64,000 nt of DNA, from positions 1,426,001 through 1,490,000 of the forward strand of contig OZ024766.1 in the NCBI GenBank assembly GCA_964016885.1, given 5' to 3'. Shown piece by piece: positions 14,308 to 26,699 of the stretch. Positions within the stretch are counted from its first letter, which is position 1. Every line of letters begins with the position of its first letter. Position numbers and translations under genes: made by a program. This DNA is from Eledone cirrhosa. Taxonomy: Eukaryota. Below the pieces are notes generated by a model. That model did no database searches and was not told where the DNA came from. It saw only the letters and a list, made by a program, of their open reading frames with translations.

Positions 14308-14640
14308 ATCATCATTTCATTTTACGTCCGCTTTTCCCTGCTTGCAAGGGTGGGACGGGAACTGATGCTGGCTTGATTTCTACAGCTGGATGCCCTTCCT
14401 AAGACCAACCTCATTTACAGTGAGTGCTGGGTGCTTTTTAGCCATGGCACCTCCACGACCACTTTACAGTGGAATGATAGGGACCCCAGTCCCTATCATC
14501 TCATTTCTACAGCTGAGTAAACTGGAGCAATGTGAAATAAAGTGTCTTGCTCAAGGAAACAACACATCACCCGGTCTGAGAATTGAACTCACAACCTTTC
14601 GATTGCAAGCCCAATGCTCTAACCACTAAGCCATGTGCCT
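14308..14640 (-). mobile_element. tRNA-derived SINE with RTE-type 3' end and (GAT)n tail
   Basis: Head GGCACATGGCTTAGTGGTTAGAGC..GAGTTCAATTC (A/B boxes), TCCTTGAGCAAGACACTT core, GGAAGGGCATCCAGCTGTAGAAA motif; near-identical copy at 43399-43727. Confidence 0.85.
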
Positions 14641-14710
14641 CCCTATAGATAGATAGATATATATATAATTATATATCTATGTAGGAAAAGACAATAGTTA
14701 TGTCCCTTAC

Positions 14711-14836
14711 CTGTGCAATACCTCCAACCATTCGTTTGTTTATAGTTAACTCATCTTCATCAGCTTCGAAGCTCTGTGACTGCTGCGCTGCTTGGACGAG
14801 TGCATCGGATGCTTTCTTCACAGCATTTCCTGCCGC
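14711..14836 (-). CDS. TLN: Talin exon (R13): AAGNAVKKASDALVQAAQQSQSFEADEDELTINKRMVGGIAQ
   Basis: ttccag/gtaag, 126 nt, phase 0-0; talin I/LWEQ block. Confidence 0.96.
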
Positions 14837-15133
14837 CTGGAAAACAAAGACAAAAAAAAATAAGTGTAGGAGCTTTCTCAGGTCCTTTAATGACATTCTC
14901 ATAGGTATTTTAACAATAAGTGACCCCAGCCCTATCATGTTGTTACAGCTCACACCTATGTAGGTTTAGCTGGTTTCCTACACTGTTGTATCTCATAGGA
15001 AGTTTCTTGGGTGTTTTAATGGTAGGGACCCCCCAGTGCTACCATGTTACAGCTCCAGGTTTACCTGGCTATTTTCCATAGTTATACATCTGCTTTAGGG
15101 ACCCCCTGTATGAAAAATAAAACAAGTACGAAC

Positions 15134-15316
15134 CTGTAGTCTGTGCATTGATATTGAACCTACATCGGCTTTCACTTTGCAGGCAACCAAGAGTGCAGCG
15201 GTGGAACCAGCTACTTCTTTAGCTGATGCAATTAACTTTTCTTCACTAGCCTGGCCTTGGACCATTGCGTTAGCCGCCTCACATAGGCTCTGAGTCGCAG
15301 CGGCAACACGGCGCGC
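15134..15316 (-). CDS. TLN: Talin exon (R13): ARRVAAATQSLCEAANAMVQGQASEEKLIASAKEVAGSTAALLVACKVKADVGSISMHRLQ
   Basis: tccag/gttcgt, 183 nt; conserved LCEAAN..EEKLI.SAK.VA.STA.LLVACKVKAD. Confidence 0.96.
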
Positions 15317-15359
15317 CTGGATAATAATGTGAAGAGTTACAGAGTGTGAGTGAGTGAGT

Positions 15360-15498
15360 GTGAGGGAGGTAGATAGAGAGAGAGAGAGGTAGAGAGAGAG
15401 GTAGAGGTAGAGAGAGAGAGAGAGAGGTAGATAGAGAGAAAGGTAGGTAGAGAGAGAGGTAGGTAGAGAGAGAGAGAGGTAGAGAGAGAGAGAGAGAG

Positions 15499-15541
<43 letters not shown>

Positions 15542-15830
15542 GATAGAGAGAGAGAGAGAGGTAGATAGAGAGAGAGAGAGAGGTAGATAGAGAGAGAGAG
15601 AGAGGTAGATAGAGAGAGAGAGAGGTAGATAGAGAGAGAGAGAGGTAGATAGAGAGGTAGATAGAGAGAGAGAGAGAGGTAGATAGAGAGGTAGATAGAG
15701 AGAGAGATAGATAGAGAGAGAGAGGTAGATAGAGAGAGAGGTAGATAGAGAGAGAGATAGATAGAGAGAGAGGTAGATAGAGAGAGAGATAGATAGATAG
15801 AGAGGTAGATAGAGAGAGAGAGAGAGGTAG
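15360..15830. repeat. (AG)n/(AGGTAGAT) compound microsatellite; pyrimidine-rich on the talin sense strand
   Basis: Direct reading. Confidence 0.9.
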
Positions 15831-15841
15831 GAAGTACTTAC

Positions 15842-15910
15842 TGCAGATATTAAACCTTGAGACCACTGGCCATCTTCATCCAGGCTGGACTTGGAATAGG
15901 AAGCAGATAC
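15842..15910 (-). CDS. TLN: Talin exon (R13): VSASYSKSSLDEDGQWSQGLISA
   Basis: gccag/gtaagt, 69 nt; DGQWSQGLISA is the I/LWEQ 'W' block. Confidence 0.96.
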
Positions 15911-15957
15911 CTGGCAATGGATGAAGACCACGATGTTGATTAATACAGAGACAAATA

Positions 15958-16525
15958 TACAGGTGCTAATGTAAGGTAATGACAGGTGTTAATGTAATTA
16001 CAGGTGTACTAACGAGGTATGTTAACGATGAGGTGTTGACCAGGTGTACTAATGAGGTATGTTAACGACTAGGTGTTAGTCAGGTGTACTAACGAGGTAT
16101 GTTAACGACCGGGTGTACTAACGCGGTATATTAACGACCAGGTGAACTAACAAGGTATGTTAACAACCAGGTGTGGGTCAGGTGTACTAATGAGGTAATT
16201 TAACAACTAGGTGATAGGTGTAGTAATGAGGTGTTAATGACCAGGTGTTAAGTCATGTGCACTAATGAGTTTAAATTAATGACTGTGATAACCAGGTGTA
16301 TTAATGAGGTAAACTTAACTAGTGTAAGTTAACTAGTAGGTTATATAAAGACAGGTGTAATCTTGTTACCTGCGAACGAGTAAGTTATATAAAGACAGGT
16401 GTAATATTGAGTTAGGTTAATGAGCAGGTGATAACGAGACAGGTGTGATACTGAGTTAGGTTAACGAGCAGGTGTAATTGTGTTACCTGCTAACGAGTAA
16501 GTTATAAAGACAGGTGTAATTGTGG
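15958..16525. repeat. Degenerate ~29-bp tandem repeat (CAGGTGTACTAACGAGGTATGTTAACGAC-like)
   Basis: Recurrent CAGGTG and TTAAC/CTAAC words filling the whole intron. Confidence 0.75.
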
Positions 16526-16531
16526 AGTTAC

Positions 16532-16657
16532 CTTTCCTTGTAGTATGAGCTCCTTCTGTGCAGCAGATGCGGACTTTACCAGAGCAGCCGTTGCTGTGGC
16601 AATAGACTTCGCTGCTTCTAAGATTTGTTCTTCGAATCCCAGACTCTCGTCTGCTGT
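16532..16657 (-). CDS. TLN: Talin exon (R13): TADESLGFEEQILEAAKSIATATAALVKSASAAQKELILQGK
   Basis: ttccag/gtaac, 126 nt; conserved ADESL.FEEQILEAAKSI. Confidence 0.96.
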
Positions 16658-16689
16658 CTGGAATTGGAGATTAGAGTTAGATGGTAGTA

Positions 16690-17280
16690 GAGTGGGGTGG
16701 TGGGGTGGTGGGGTGGTGGGGTGGGGATGGAGGGGAGTTGGTGATGTGAGGTGAGGAGGGGAGAGGGTGGTGTGAGGTGAGGAGGGGAGAGGGTGGTGTG
16801 AGGAGGGGAGAGGGTGGTGTGAGGTGAGGAGGGGAGAGGGTGGTGTGAGGTGAGGAGGGGAGAGGGTGGTGTGAGGTGAGAGGGTGGTGTGAGGTGAGAG
16901 GGTGGTGTGAGGTGAGGAGGGGAGAGGGTGGTGTGACTGGGAGTGGGGGAGGGGTGAGTGTGGGGGAGAGGAGAGTGGGGGAGGGAGGAGAGTGGGGGAG
17001 GGGAGGGATGAGAGTGGGGGAGGGGTGAGTGTGGGGGAGAAGGGAGTGCGGGAGGTGAGAGTGGGGGAGGGGTGAGTGTGGGGGAGAAGGGAGTGCGGGA
17101 GGTGAGAGTGGGGGGAGGGGAGTGATGGGAGGGGAGAGTTGAGGGAGGGGAGGTGAGAGTGGGGGGAATGATGGAGGTGAGTGGGGGGAGGGGAGGTGAG
17201 AGTGGGGGGAGGGGAGGTGAGAGTGAGGGGAGGTGAGAGGGATAGGGAGAGGGGCAGAGAATAGAGGGGGGAGGGGAAGG
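16690..17280. repeat. G-rich low-complexity minisatellite (GAGGTGAGGAGGGGAGAGGGTGGTGT etc.)
   Basis: Direct reading. Confidence 0.85.
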
Positions 17281-17329
17281 AAAAGACAGAAAAACAAACA
17301 AACAAACATTTCAAATACAAATACAAAAG

Positions 17330-18015
17330 GAGGAGTACCCCAGGGTGGTGGTGCTGTGTCTGTTGCTGTAGAGAGGAGTACCCCAGGGTGGTGGTGCTCT
17401 GTCTGTTGCTGTAGAGAGGTATACCCCAGGGTGGTGGTGCTCTGTCTGTTGCTGTAGAGAGGTATACCCCAGGGTGGTGGTGCTGTGTCTGTTGCTGTAG
17501 CGAGGTATACCCCAGGGTGGTGGTGCTCAGTCTGTTGCTGTAGTGAGGTATACCCCAGGGTGGTGGTGCTCAGTCTGTTGCTGTAGAGAGGTATACCCCA
17601 GGGTGGTGGTGCTCTGTCTGTTGCTGTAGAGAGGAGTACCCCAGGGTGGTGGTGCTGTGTCTGTTGCTGTAGAGAGGAGTACCCCAGGGTGGTGGTGCTC
17701 TGTCTGTTGCTGTAGAGAGGTATACCCCAGGGTGGTGGTGCTCTGTCTGTTGCTGTAGAGAGGTATACCCCAGGGTGGTGGTGCTGTGTCTGTTGCTGTA
17801 GCGAGGTATACCCCAGGGTGGTGGTGCTCAGTCTGTTGCTGTAGTGAGGTATACCCCAGGGTGGTGGTGCTCAGTCTGTTGCTGTAGTGAGGTATACCCC
17901 AGGGTGGTGGTGCTTTGTCTGTTGCTGTAGAGAGGAGTACCCCAGGGTGGTGGTGCTTTGTCTGTTGCTGTAGAGAGGAGTACCCCAGGGTGTACCCGTG
18001 GTGCTGTGTCTGCTG
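17330..18015. repeat. 43-bp minisatellite CCCCAGGGTGGTGGTGCTCTGTCTGTTGCTGTAGAGAGGTATA, ~15 copies
   Basis: Period 43 (17381, 17424, ...). Confidence 0.95.
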
Positions 18016-18319
18016 CAGTGGTCTACCACAACGCGGACATGATTGATACTTGGTGGACTAGAATATTTAAACCACCAATAAATATCAAACATATCTGGTC
18101 ATGGCATCCATCATCATTCTCGTTGCTGCTGCTGTTGCTGCTGTCGTCACCATCTCCATTGACTAAACCAAGGTAGTGCCCCAGTATGGCCACAGTCTAG
18201 TGACTGCAACCAGTAAACCAAAGGTAGACCCCGAGCAAGATGGTCGTATAACATCCATGAGCTTGGCTGGTTTTGCTTGAGGGTCATCCGGAGATGGTTG
18301 CTTCTGACAGGACCCACCT

Positions 18320-18815
18320 CTGAGGCTGTGGCCCCCTGCCCCACTAGTGCTCTGGAGACCACAAGCAGTCACTAATAACAGGGGTCGCAAGCTCTCCTAT
18401 CCTGATTTGCTGGCCCCTGCCATCGTGCCACCTATGACCCTGTGTCCCCATTAGTGTCACTAATAACAAGGGGCCGCAAGCTCTCCTACCCCAATTTGCT
18501 GGCCCCTGCCATCGTGCCACCTCTGAGGCCGTGTCCCCACTAGTGCTTTGGAAACCACAAGCAGTCACTAATAACAGGGGACACAAGCTCTCCTATCCCA
18601 ATTTGCTGGCCACTGCCATCGTGCCACCTCTGAGGCTGTGACCCCACTAGTGTCACTAATAACAGGGGACACAAGCTCTCCTATCCCGATGGCATCTCCA
18701 GAGATTCTGGTATTGAAATCCAGGACTTGGCAGCGGCAATGAACGACAGATCCCCGTGGAGATCAATTGTTGAGTCCATTTCAGCTGAGGCCTCCCGATG
18801 ATGATGATGATGATG
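18320..18815 (+). mobile_element. LINE (RTE-like) 3' end with internal tandem duplications and (GAT)n tail
   Basis: Repeated FAGHCHRATSEAVSPLV-like segment, then EIQDLAAAMNDRSPWRSIVESISAEASR* and (GAT)n; related piece at 52760-52945 (-). Confidence 0.7.
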
Positions 18816-18858
18816 TCATGAAGAAAGAAAGAAAGAGAGAAAGAAAGAAAGATCTTAC

Positions 18859-18983
18859 TTTTGCAGCTTGGCGAGGTTGCAACTGGGCAAGTTTCTTTGC
18901 AGCTGCTTCAATTGAGCTTGCTGCTCCACGCAGTTCATTTTCTGCAATAACTGTCGGGTCACCATAGTCTACCCAGTTAGGTC
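18859..18983 (-). CDS. TLN: Talin exon (R12-R13 linker/R13 start): (G)PNWVDYGDPTVIAENELRGAASSIEAAAKKLAQLQPRQAAK
   Basis: ttgcag/gtaag, 125 nt, phase 1-0; conserved WVD..DPTVIAENEL.GAA..IEAAAKKL. Confidence 0.96.
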
Positions 18984-19153
18984 CTGCAAAGGTCATTATT
19001 ATTATTATTATTTGTAGTCGGTTAAAATATGTGTGTGTGTGTGTGTGTGTGTGTATGTACCATTGATGATGTCACAGGTGTGATCAAAGAACTTTGATAG
19101 ACTATAATATACGTACCACTGATGATGTCACAGGTGAGTGATGAAAGAACTTT

Positions 19154-19197
<44 letters not shown>

Positions 19198-19714
19198 TTA
19201 TATATATATATATATTTATTTATATATATATATATATTTATTTATATCTACATTTTTAACCGTTGGTCAATCAATGCCAGCTAAATTAACTATAGAGACA
19301 AAATATACAGAAGCGAAAACCAATCCAAACCAAACAGTGAGTGTGTTCTGTTATTTCTGGCAACATTATAACAATATATATATATGCATATATATATGTA
19401 TATATGTATATATGTGTTAAAAAAATAAGAATAACATGTTTTATAAAGGTGATGTCTTTATAATAAACACATTTATTTTAGAGCATAAGTGAACCTCATA
19501 TACAAATTGATTTTAAAATCCTTAGTTCAAAATTCTGCATCAGGTGTACTAACAAACATTGATTTCAAGATTCTTAGCTCAGAATTCTGATATAAGTTCA
19601 TTTTAAAATACTTAGCTCAAATGTTTGTTTTAGGTATATAGCTATCTAATTTAAAAGTTCATTTTAAAATACTTGGCTCAAATTTTTGTTTCCAGTATCT
19701 AACTAATTTAGAGT

Positions 19715-20135
19715 AGCAACTCAACTTGGAGTGACTCTCAGAGATCCAAGCTACGCAGTCTATCGAGTAACATTACTCCAAAGACCCTTCAAAGGAACCC
19801 CATTTTGGCCGCTTGTATATGCAATGTTATTCTTTTGGGCATTACCCAAGATTCATGACCATAGGTAAGGGTTTGTACGAATACCGAATTGAAGATAGCG
19901 AGTTTGGCTTTTTACACCTACCTCCTTTCTTCTGATTACTGACTGCTGAAGCTGGTGCATTACTGCACCAACTCCTGCAATTCTTGTACTTAATTCAGCC
20001 TCCTGCCTTCCATCACTCGTGAACACGGCCCCGAGACACTTGAACTTCTCCACCTGCTTCAGTGGAACTCCATTCACATGTAGAGTGCACTGCGCAGGTT
20101 TCCTTGACAAGACAGGTGTCTCAGCCATGCTGTAC
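19715..20135 (-). mobile_element. RTE-clade LINE RT fragment
   Basis: PLKQVEKFKCLGAVFTSDGRQEAELSTRIA..YGHES; frameshifted. Confidence 0.8.
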
Positions 20136-20723
20136 TCGGTATCAAACCTATCGAGTTTCAGGAACAATTTATTTCAGAGTGAGTGAGAAAGAGATATAGA
20201 GGAAGAATCAACCCCAGTACGAGACTGGTACCATTTTTTTCTGTTGTGACCGTAACATTACCCCCCCCCCCCCCCCCTTCTGTGCCCTATAAATCAAACC
20301 TTCGTTAATTTACACTCATTATATTGGTGTCCTTATTATTATTTTTAAATAAAAAAAAATATCAAGAAAGCAAAATAATATTTTCAGAATAAAATTAATA
20401 TTAACAAAATTAAAATTCTAAAAATAAATTGAATTAACAAAATATTTAAAACAAAAATAACATTAACAAAATGATATTTTAAAATAAAATTCAAATTAAC
20501 AAAATAAATATTTTAAGAAATAAATTATATTAAAATTAATATTTAAAAAAAAAATTTTAAATCTTTAAATAAATTAAGAAAATTTTGTATTTCCTGGCAT
20601 GGAAGAAACTGTGCTCTTTCTCCCCTTTTACCGAAATAAGTCTGGAGAAATTTACCCAGAGGTCAAAGGTTACGTTAGTTATTTTACAATAAACTAACTG
20701 TTGCCCCACCCAAATTTAACACC

Positions 20724-20939
20724 TTAACCCTTTAGCATTTATATTACTCTATATATACTATTGTATTTTCACAGTAAAGGCTTTACCTCGCATAATATTG
20801 AATGTATGAGATTTTGATATTATTTATTTTGAGAACAATACCTTAACATCAGTATGATTGGCCAGTTACAGCCGGCTTGAACTGAAGGAGGTGAAGGAAT
20901 TCTGGCCGGATATGGCCGGTTTAAATGCTAAAGGATTAA
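20724..20939. mobile_element. TTAA-flanked MITE (piggyBac-like ends CCCTTTAGCATTT...AAATGCTAAAGG)
   Basis: Inverted termini with TTAA; partial copies at 21312-21467, 29296-29697 and 36378 onward. Confidence 0.7.
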
Positions 20940-21679
20940 AAGAGGGGTTGTGGTTGTGACTGAGACTCCAGTATATCTTTAAAACCAGGTAATACAGAAA
21001 ATATTTTAATATATATTACGAAAATAAGATTCAAAATATAATTAATAAAATAAAAAAAATAAAAAATAAAAAAATTTACAATATAAAACAAAATTGTATT
21101 AACTGCATTTAAAATTGTTGTTAATTTATTATTATTATTGTTTTCCTATTTTTTTTACTCGATTTTTGTGTATAACCCCCACTGTCCCTGTCTATTGTAT
21201 TGTCCCCTATATGTCAGCCCTTGTGGCCAATAAATGAAACCATTATTATTATTATTATTATGGCCTTGTCTTGTGCCAAAGGTAGAAACAATTATTATTA
21301 TTATCATCATTTACCTCACATAATATCGAATCTATAAGATTTTGATATTATTTATTTTGAGAACAATACTTTAACATCAGTATGATCATCTTGTTACAGC
21401 CAGTTTGAACAGAAAGAGGTGAGAGAATTCTGGCCAGATATGGCCAGTTTAAATGCTAAAGGGTTTTAAATAGTTGGTTTTGTTTCATAGAAAGTGAGCT
21501 GGCTTTGGTTGGGTTTGTATCAATAGTGACAAAAAACATGGCTGAATAACAAAGTACATATTTTGCATAAAATTCATAAAAAATAAGTAGTTAGACTATT
21601 GAAAGATAAATTACATAGAAATATATCAAATGAAAATTGTTAGAATGTAAAACAAAATCAGTTTAAAAAATACATATAA

Positions 21680-24320
21680 ATATATGAAATATTTGCAGAT
21701 ATGAAATAGTGAAGAATATCTACAGATGTGAAATATACGTATATGTGAAATATATGCACGACTAGAATATATATGAATTCTTCATTGAGTTCAATGATTA
21801 TGAAATATAAGCAGAAATATGAAATACAGTAAGTTAACTACAAAAATAATATATAATATATACAGAAGTGTGTAATATAGATGGCCGACTGAAATTTATA
21901 GCGAAATGTATACCAGGAATATAAATGAATCACTGTGAAATCTATGCAGAAACAAATTATATAATTGCACATAGATACAACACACAGGAAAATATCTGTG
22001 AAATTTAGGGAGCAAGCATGCAAAGGGGGGAGTATAGTTATATATATATAACTATGAAATGTGTGCAAAAATAAATTGATGGGAATATATAATGATGGAA
22101 GGCTAATTTAAAAATTTGTGAAATCTGTACAGAAAATGTAACAAGAACTTAGCTTGGCTGACATGAAATGTATGTAGAATTATAAAATCTTTATAAAATA
22201 AACACAGGAACATGTATTATGTGTATAGTCATATTTCATAGAGCTGTATCCTTTTATGAAATATATGCAGAAAAATGTAATAAAGGTTCTGTTAACTGCA
22301 AGCAGGAATATATAGGAAGCCACGGTGAAAGATACGCAGAAATGTACAACATAATGAGTGCTGTGTAAAATTTAAGCAGGAACTTATAGGTGGGGGGCCA
22401 CCGTGAAATATATGTAATGAAAAACCAATAAAAAACAAAACAATTTGGGTGACATTGAAATGGAAAAAGACACAAAAAATGCACTAAAATATCAACACAG
22501 AAAAACGTCACTGTGAAATATATGCAGAAAGAAGTGTGATCTTCAGGGGAGATCTGTGAAATAAGGACATAATTACAACATGTAATATATAGACCTCTGA
22601 CATGTGATATTCGCATATTTCACAGTTATGTGAAATATGAGCAGAAATGTGGAGTGTAACATACAGTCGATCACTATGAAATGTGTGTGGAAATATGGCA
22701 TGAAATATACATTGGGTCACTGTTAAATGTAAACAGATCCATGAAATATAATGTATAATAAGACACTGTGAAATATGTGCAGAAATGTGGAATGTAATGA
22801 ATATACAGTATATTGTTGTGAAATGTAATATAGAACAGGACACTGTGAAAAACTGTGGAAACGTGGCATAAAATATATATACTGAGTCACAGTAAATGGA
22901 TCCATGAAATATGTGCAGAAATGTGGGGTTTAATAAATATATATATATATAGAGTAGGCAGACCCAGAAAAACATGGGACGAGCTGATAAATTCTGACCT
23001 CACACGCTTACACCTCTCCAAGACAATGTCACTGGACCGAGACCTTTGGCGGTACTCAGTAATAGAGAAGACCCGCCTTACCTAAATACAAAGTAAAAAC
23101 CTACTACAGTCAGTAGGCATCTCTAACAAAACACCCCCCCATCCCACCACCTCCACCCCATCCACACCGCCCCTTTCAATGTACAGTTATGTTGGTCCCA
23201 CAACATCCAGGCCGAAACAAATGAGATCGTGTAGGTGTCACGACAAAAAACACACAGTCCACGCTGTAATGTGGCCGTGTAGGTAACACGGTAAAAACCT
23301 CCCAGCCCCACACTGTAAATGTGGTTGGTGTTAGGAAGGGCATCCAACTGTAGAAAACCCGCCAGACAGTCCTATGCGAGCAAGACAATCACTCTTGCCT
23401 CAAGTGGGAAAACCCCCGTCCAAACCCATGCAAGCGTGGAACATGGACGCTAAACCTGATGATGATGATGATGATAGTATATTGTGAAATATCTGGCACA
23501 AAATATACACTAGGTCAGATCTCAGTGAAATGTAAACAGACCCATATACAACACATTACTGTGAAATGTGTGGAAACCTGGCATAAAATATTCACAGGGT
23601 GACATCACAGTGAAATGTAAACAAACCCATGAAATATACAACATGTTACTGTGAAATGTGTGAGGAAACCTAGCATGAAATATACTCTGGGTCACAGTAA
23701 TTAGACCCATGAAATATACGACAAGACACTGTGAAATGTGTGAGGAAACCTAGCATGAAATATACTCTGGGTCACAGTAATTAAACCCATGAAATATACG
23801 ACAAGACACTGTGAAATGTGTGAGGAAACCTAGCATGAAATATACTGGGTCACAGTAATTTGACCCATGAAATATACGACAAGACACTGTGAAATGTGTG
23901 AGGAAACCTAGCATGAAATATACTCTGGGTCACAGTAATTAAACCCATGAAATATACGACAAGACACTGTGAAATGTGTGAGGAAACCTAGCATGAAATA
24001 TACTCTGGGTCACAGTAATTTGACCCATGAAATATACGACAAGACACTGTGAAATGTGTGAGGAAACCTAGCATGAAATATACGACAAGACACTGTGAAA
24101 TGTGTGAGGAAACCTAGCATGAAATATACTCTGGGTCACAGTAATTTGACCCATGAAATATACGACAAGACACTGTGAAATGTGTGAGGAAACCTAGCAT
24201 GAAATATATTCTGGGTCACAGTAATTAGACCCATGAAATATACGACATGTTACTGTGAAATGTGTGAGGAAACCTAGCATGAAATATACTCTGGGTCACA
24301 GTAATTTGACCCATGAAATA
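21680..24320. repeat. Old degenerate GAAATAT/CTGTGAAAT repeat with a homogenised 80-bp array (23700-24320), interrupted by an RTE/SINE composite
   Basis: 80-bp period (23706, 23786, ...); same words in degenerate form upstream. Confidence 0.8.
22950..23475 (+). mobile_element. Composite non-autonomous retroelement: RTE 3' CDS (GRPRKTWDELINSDL..DRDLWRY) plus SINE-like body and (GAT)n tail
   Basis: Close copies at 34640-35330 (-) and 44478-45128 (+); partial copy at 31185-31785. Confidence 0.8.
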
Positions 24321-24594
24321 TAGAGAATGGTAACACTATTGGAATGGAGCATCACAACAATGGTTAACCCTACATGGAGGCTTTAATGTATGTCACATGA
24401 CTGCTACAAGAACAAAAAGGAACATGGAGGAATGCTACACAAAACATTCTACAAAGAATGGAACAGGAATCTCTGGCATTAAAAAATATAATCAACAATT
24501 GATGTCTTCAAAGAATGCTCCACTGGTATTGAGGAATTCTCCAGAAACCATCTATGAATGGCAGAAAGAATATGATTGCAAATACAAGTGGGTG

Positions 24595-25170
24595 AAATGG
24601 GGTTCCTTCGAAGGGTCTGATAGAGGGCATAGCTCGGAGATCAGAGAGTCATTCCAGGTAGAGCTGTTACTTCTCTGATTTGAGAGATCACAGCTCTGAT
24701 ACTATGGACATGTGGTTAGAATGTCTCAAGAAAGAATCACTGGAGAGTCACTCCAGGTAGAGCTGCTACTTCTCTGAATTGAGAGATCACAGCTCTGGTA
24801 CTATGGACATGTGGTTAGAATGTCTCGGGTAAGAATCTCTGGAGAGTCACTCCAGGTAGAGCTGCTACTTCTCTGAATTGAGAGATCACAGCTCTGGTAC
24901 TATGGACATGTGGTTAGAATGTCTCAAGAAAGAATCTCTGGAGAGTCACTCCAGGTAGAGCTGCTACTTCTCTGAATTGAGAGACCACAGCTCTGATACT
25001 CTGGACATGTGGTTAGAATGTCTCAGGAAAGATTTTATGGACAAAACCAACTGGCCAAGATGGTCGGATAACATCCATGAGCCTGGTTGGTTGGTCTTGT
25101 TTGGGGATCCAGCCAGATCAATTGGAGATGGTTGCTTCTGATAGGACCTACTGGAAGGGGTACTTGCAGA
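24595..25170 (+). mobile_element. RTE fragment containing a 99-bp tandem array (~4 copies)
   Basis: EMGFLRRV..IRES.QVE.LLL.IERSQL.YYGHVVRMSQER; unit period 99. Confidence 0.8.
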
Positions 25171-25234
25171 CTCTGCTTGCCCCCCCCCCCACCCCACACA
25201 ACCTTCTCCAGGAATAAGTGGACAAAGAAGAAAA

Positions 25235-25692
25235 AAATGGTTTCTAATTTAATCAAAGTGCCAATGATTTTGGAGGTGGAGGAGGGGAAAGTTGATTAAA
25301 ACATCCCCAGTGGATTACTGGTACTTTATTTTATCGACCCCGTAAGGATGAAAGGCAAAGTTAACCTTGGTGTGGGATTTGAACTCAGAACGTAAAGGGA
25401 CTTAACTCTATACTGCAAAGCATGGTGTCTGATGCTCTACCAATTTTGCGATTTCACCTCAATAATGATAATGGTTTCGGATTTAGGCACAGGGCCAGCA
25501 ATTCTGGGGGAGGGAAGTCGATTAAATCAATCCAGTGTATTACTGGTACTTTATTTTATCGACCGCCCGACCACAGCCTCCGCCCCCCTCCCCCGTAACG
25601 ATGAAAGGCAAAGTGTTAACCTCTGCGGGATTTGAACTCAGAACATAAAGGGCCATAACTCTGTGCTGCCTGCAAAGCATGGTGTCCGACCT
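25235..25692 (-). mobile_element. Two tandem copies of the abundant octopod-type tRNA SINE
   Basis: Reverse complement of GAGTTCAAATCCC..GGTTAACTTTGCCTTTCATCC..GATAAAATAAAGTACCAGT. Other copies: 34430-34625, 35335-35487, 41680-42090, 48460-48640, 55070-55620, 57342-57510, 63435-63665. Confidence 0.85.
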
Positions 25693-25884
25693 ACATAATA
25701 ATAATAATAATAATAATAACAATAATAACAATAATAACAACAACAACAACAATTCTAGCTACAACAGCTACTACAACAACATGGTAACAACAACGACAAC
25801 AACAACAACAACAATGACAATGTTTATAGGAAAATAAAAGAAGGGGGTGGTGGTGGTTTGGTTAGAATATAAAAGAGAACCAAC

Positions 25885-25896
25885 CTAATGTACCGT
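25885..25896 (-). CDS. TLN: Candidate 12-nt talin microexon ACGGTACATTAG (adds DGTL)
   Basis: CACTAAC branch point, gtgttgttgtctccag acceptor, gttggt donor; phase 1-1, no stop. Confidence 0.6.
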   Translation of the reverse strand, partial: TVH

Positions 25897-26699
25897 CTGG
25901 AGACAACAACACGTTAGTGTCAGTTTTATATTTCTCTGTAGGGGAAAAGAACACACATGGGTGTAGTGATACAGCGGTAATGAAAATAGTTCTTGGGAAA
26001 CACAAAATAGTTCTCTGGTAAAACTAGGATGATACCATGACAACAGTAGTAGTAGTAGTAATAATAATAGAAATGGAAATAATAGTAGTAGTAGTAGTAA
26101 TAATAGAAATGGAAATAATAGTAGTAGTAGTAGTAGTAGTAATAGTTGTTTTGTGTCTGTTTTCTCATGGGTGTAGTGATACAGCGGTAATGAAAATAGT
26201 TCTTGGGAAACACAAAATAGTTCTCTGGTAAAACTAGGATGATACCATGACAACAGTAGTAGTAGTAATAATAGAAATGGAAATAATAGTAGTAGTAGTA
26301 GTAGTAGTAGTAGTAATAATAGAAATGGAAATGATAGTAGTAGTAGGACCAGTAGTAGTAATAATAATACTAGTAGAAGCAGTAATAGTAGTACCAGTAG
26401 TAGTAATAATAGTAGTAGTAGTAGTAGTAGTAGTAATAATAGTAGTAGAAGCAGTAGTAATGCGTCCTATATTTCTTCTCTGTGGAGAAAAGAACATACA
26501 TGGGTGTAGTGATACAGCAATAATGAAAATAGTTCTTTGGAAACAAAATAGTCCTCTGGTAAATAAGAATTTAAATAAGAATTTAAATAAGCGCCCTTTA
26601 AAATGGTCAGTTTTGTTATAAAGAACCAGTGTCAAGTTGGTGGAAGAGACTTGATATTTATGTTTTGAACAGAATGGGTTGAGCTAAACTGCCCACCCA

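Noticed and set aside
14560-14640. tRNA gene
   Set aside because: A/B-box-like head continues into a SINE body, lacks a full cloverleaf and recurs at 43650-43727.
19058-19160. Tandem (C/T)TGATGATGTCAC..GTGAT GAAAGAACTTTG hammerhead-like pair
   Set aside because: Stem I does not pair and stem III/cleavage site are ambiguous.
20632-20641. 10-nt AG..GT segment ACTTATTTCG in the phase-1 intron
   Set aside because: Not frame-preserving, weak donor (gtaaaa), no evident partner.
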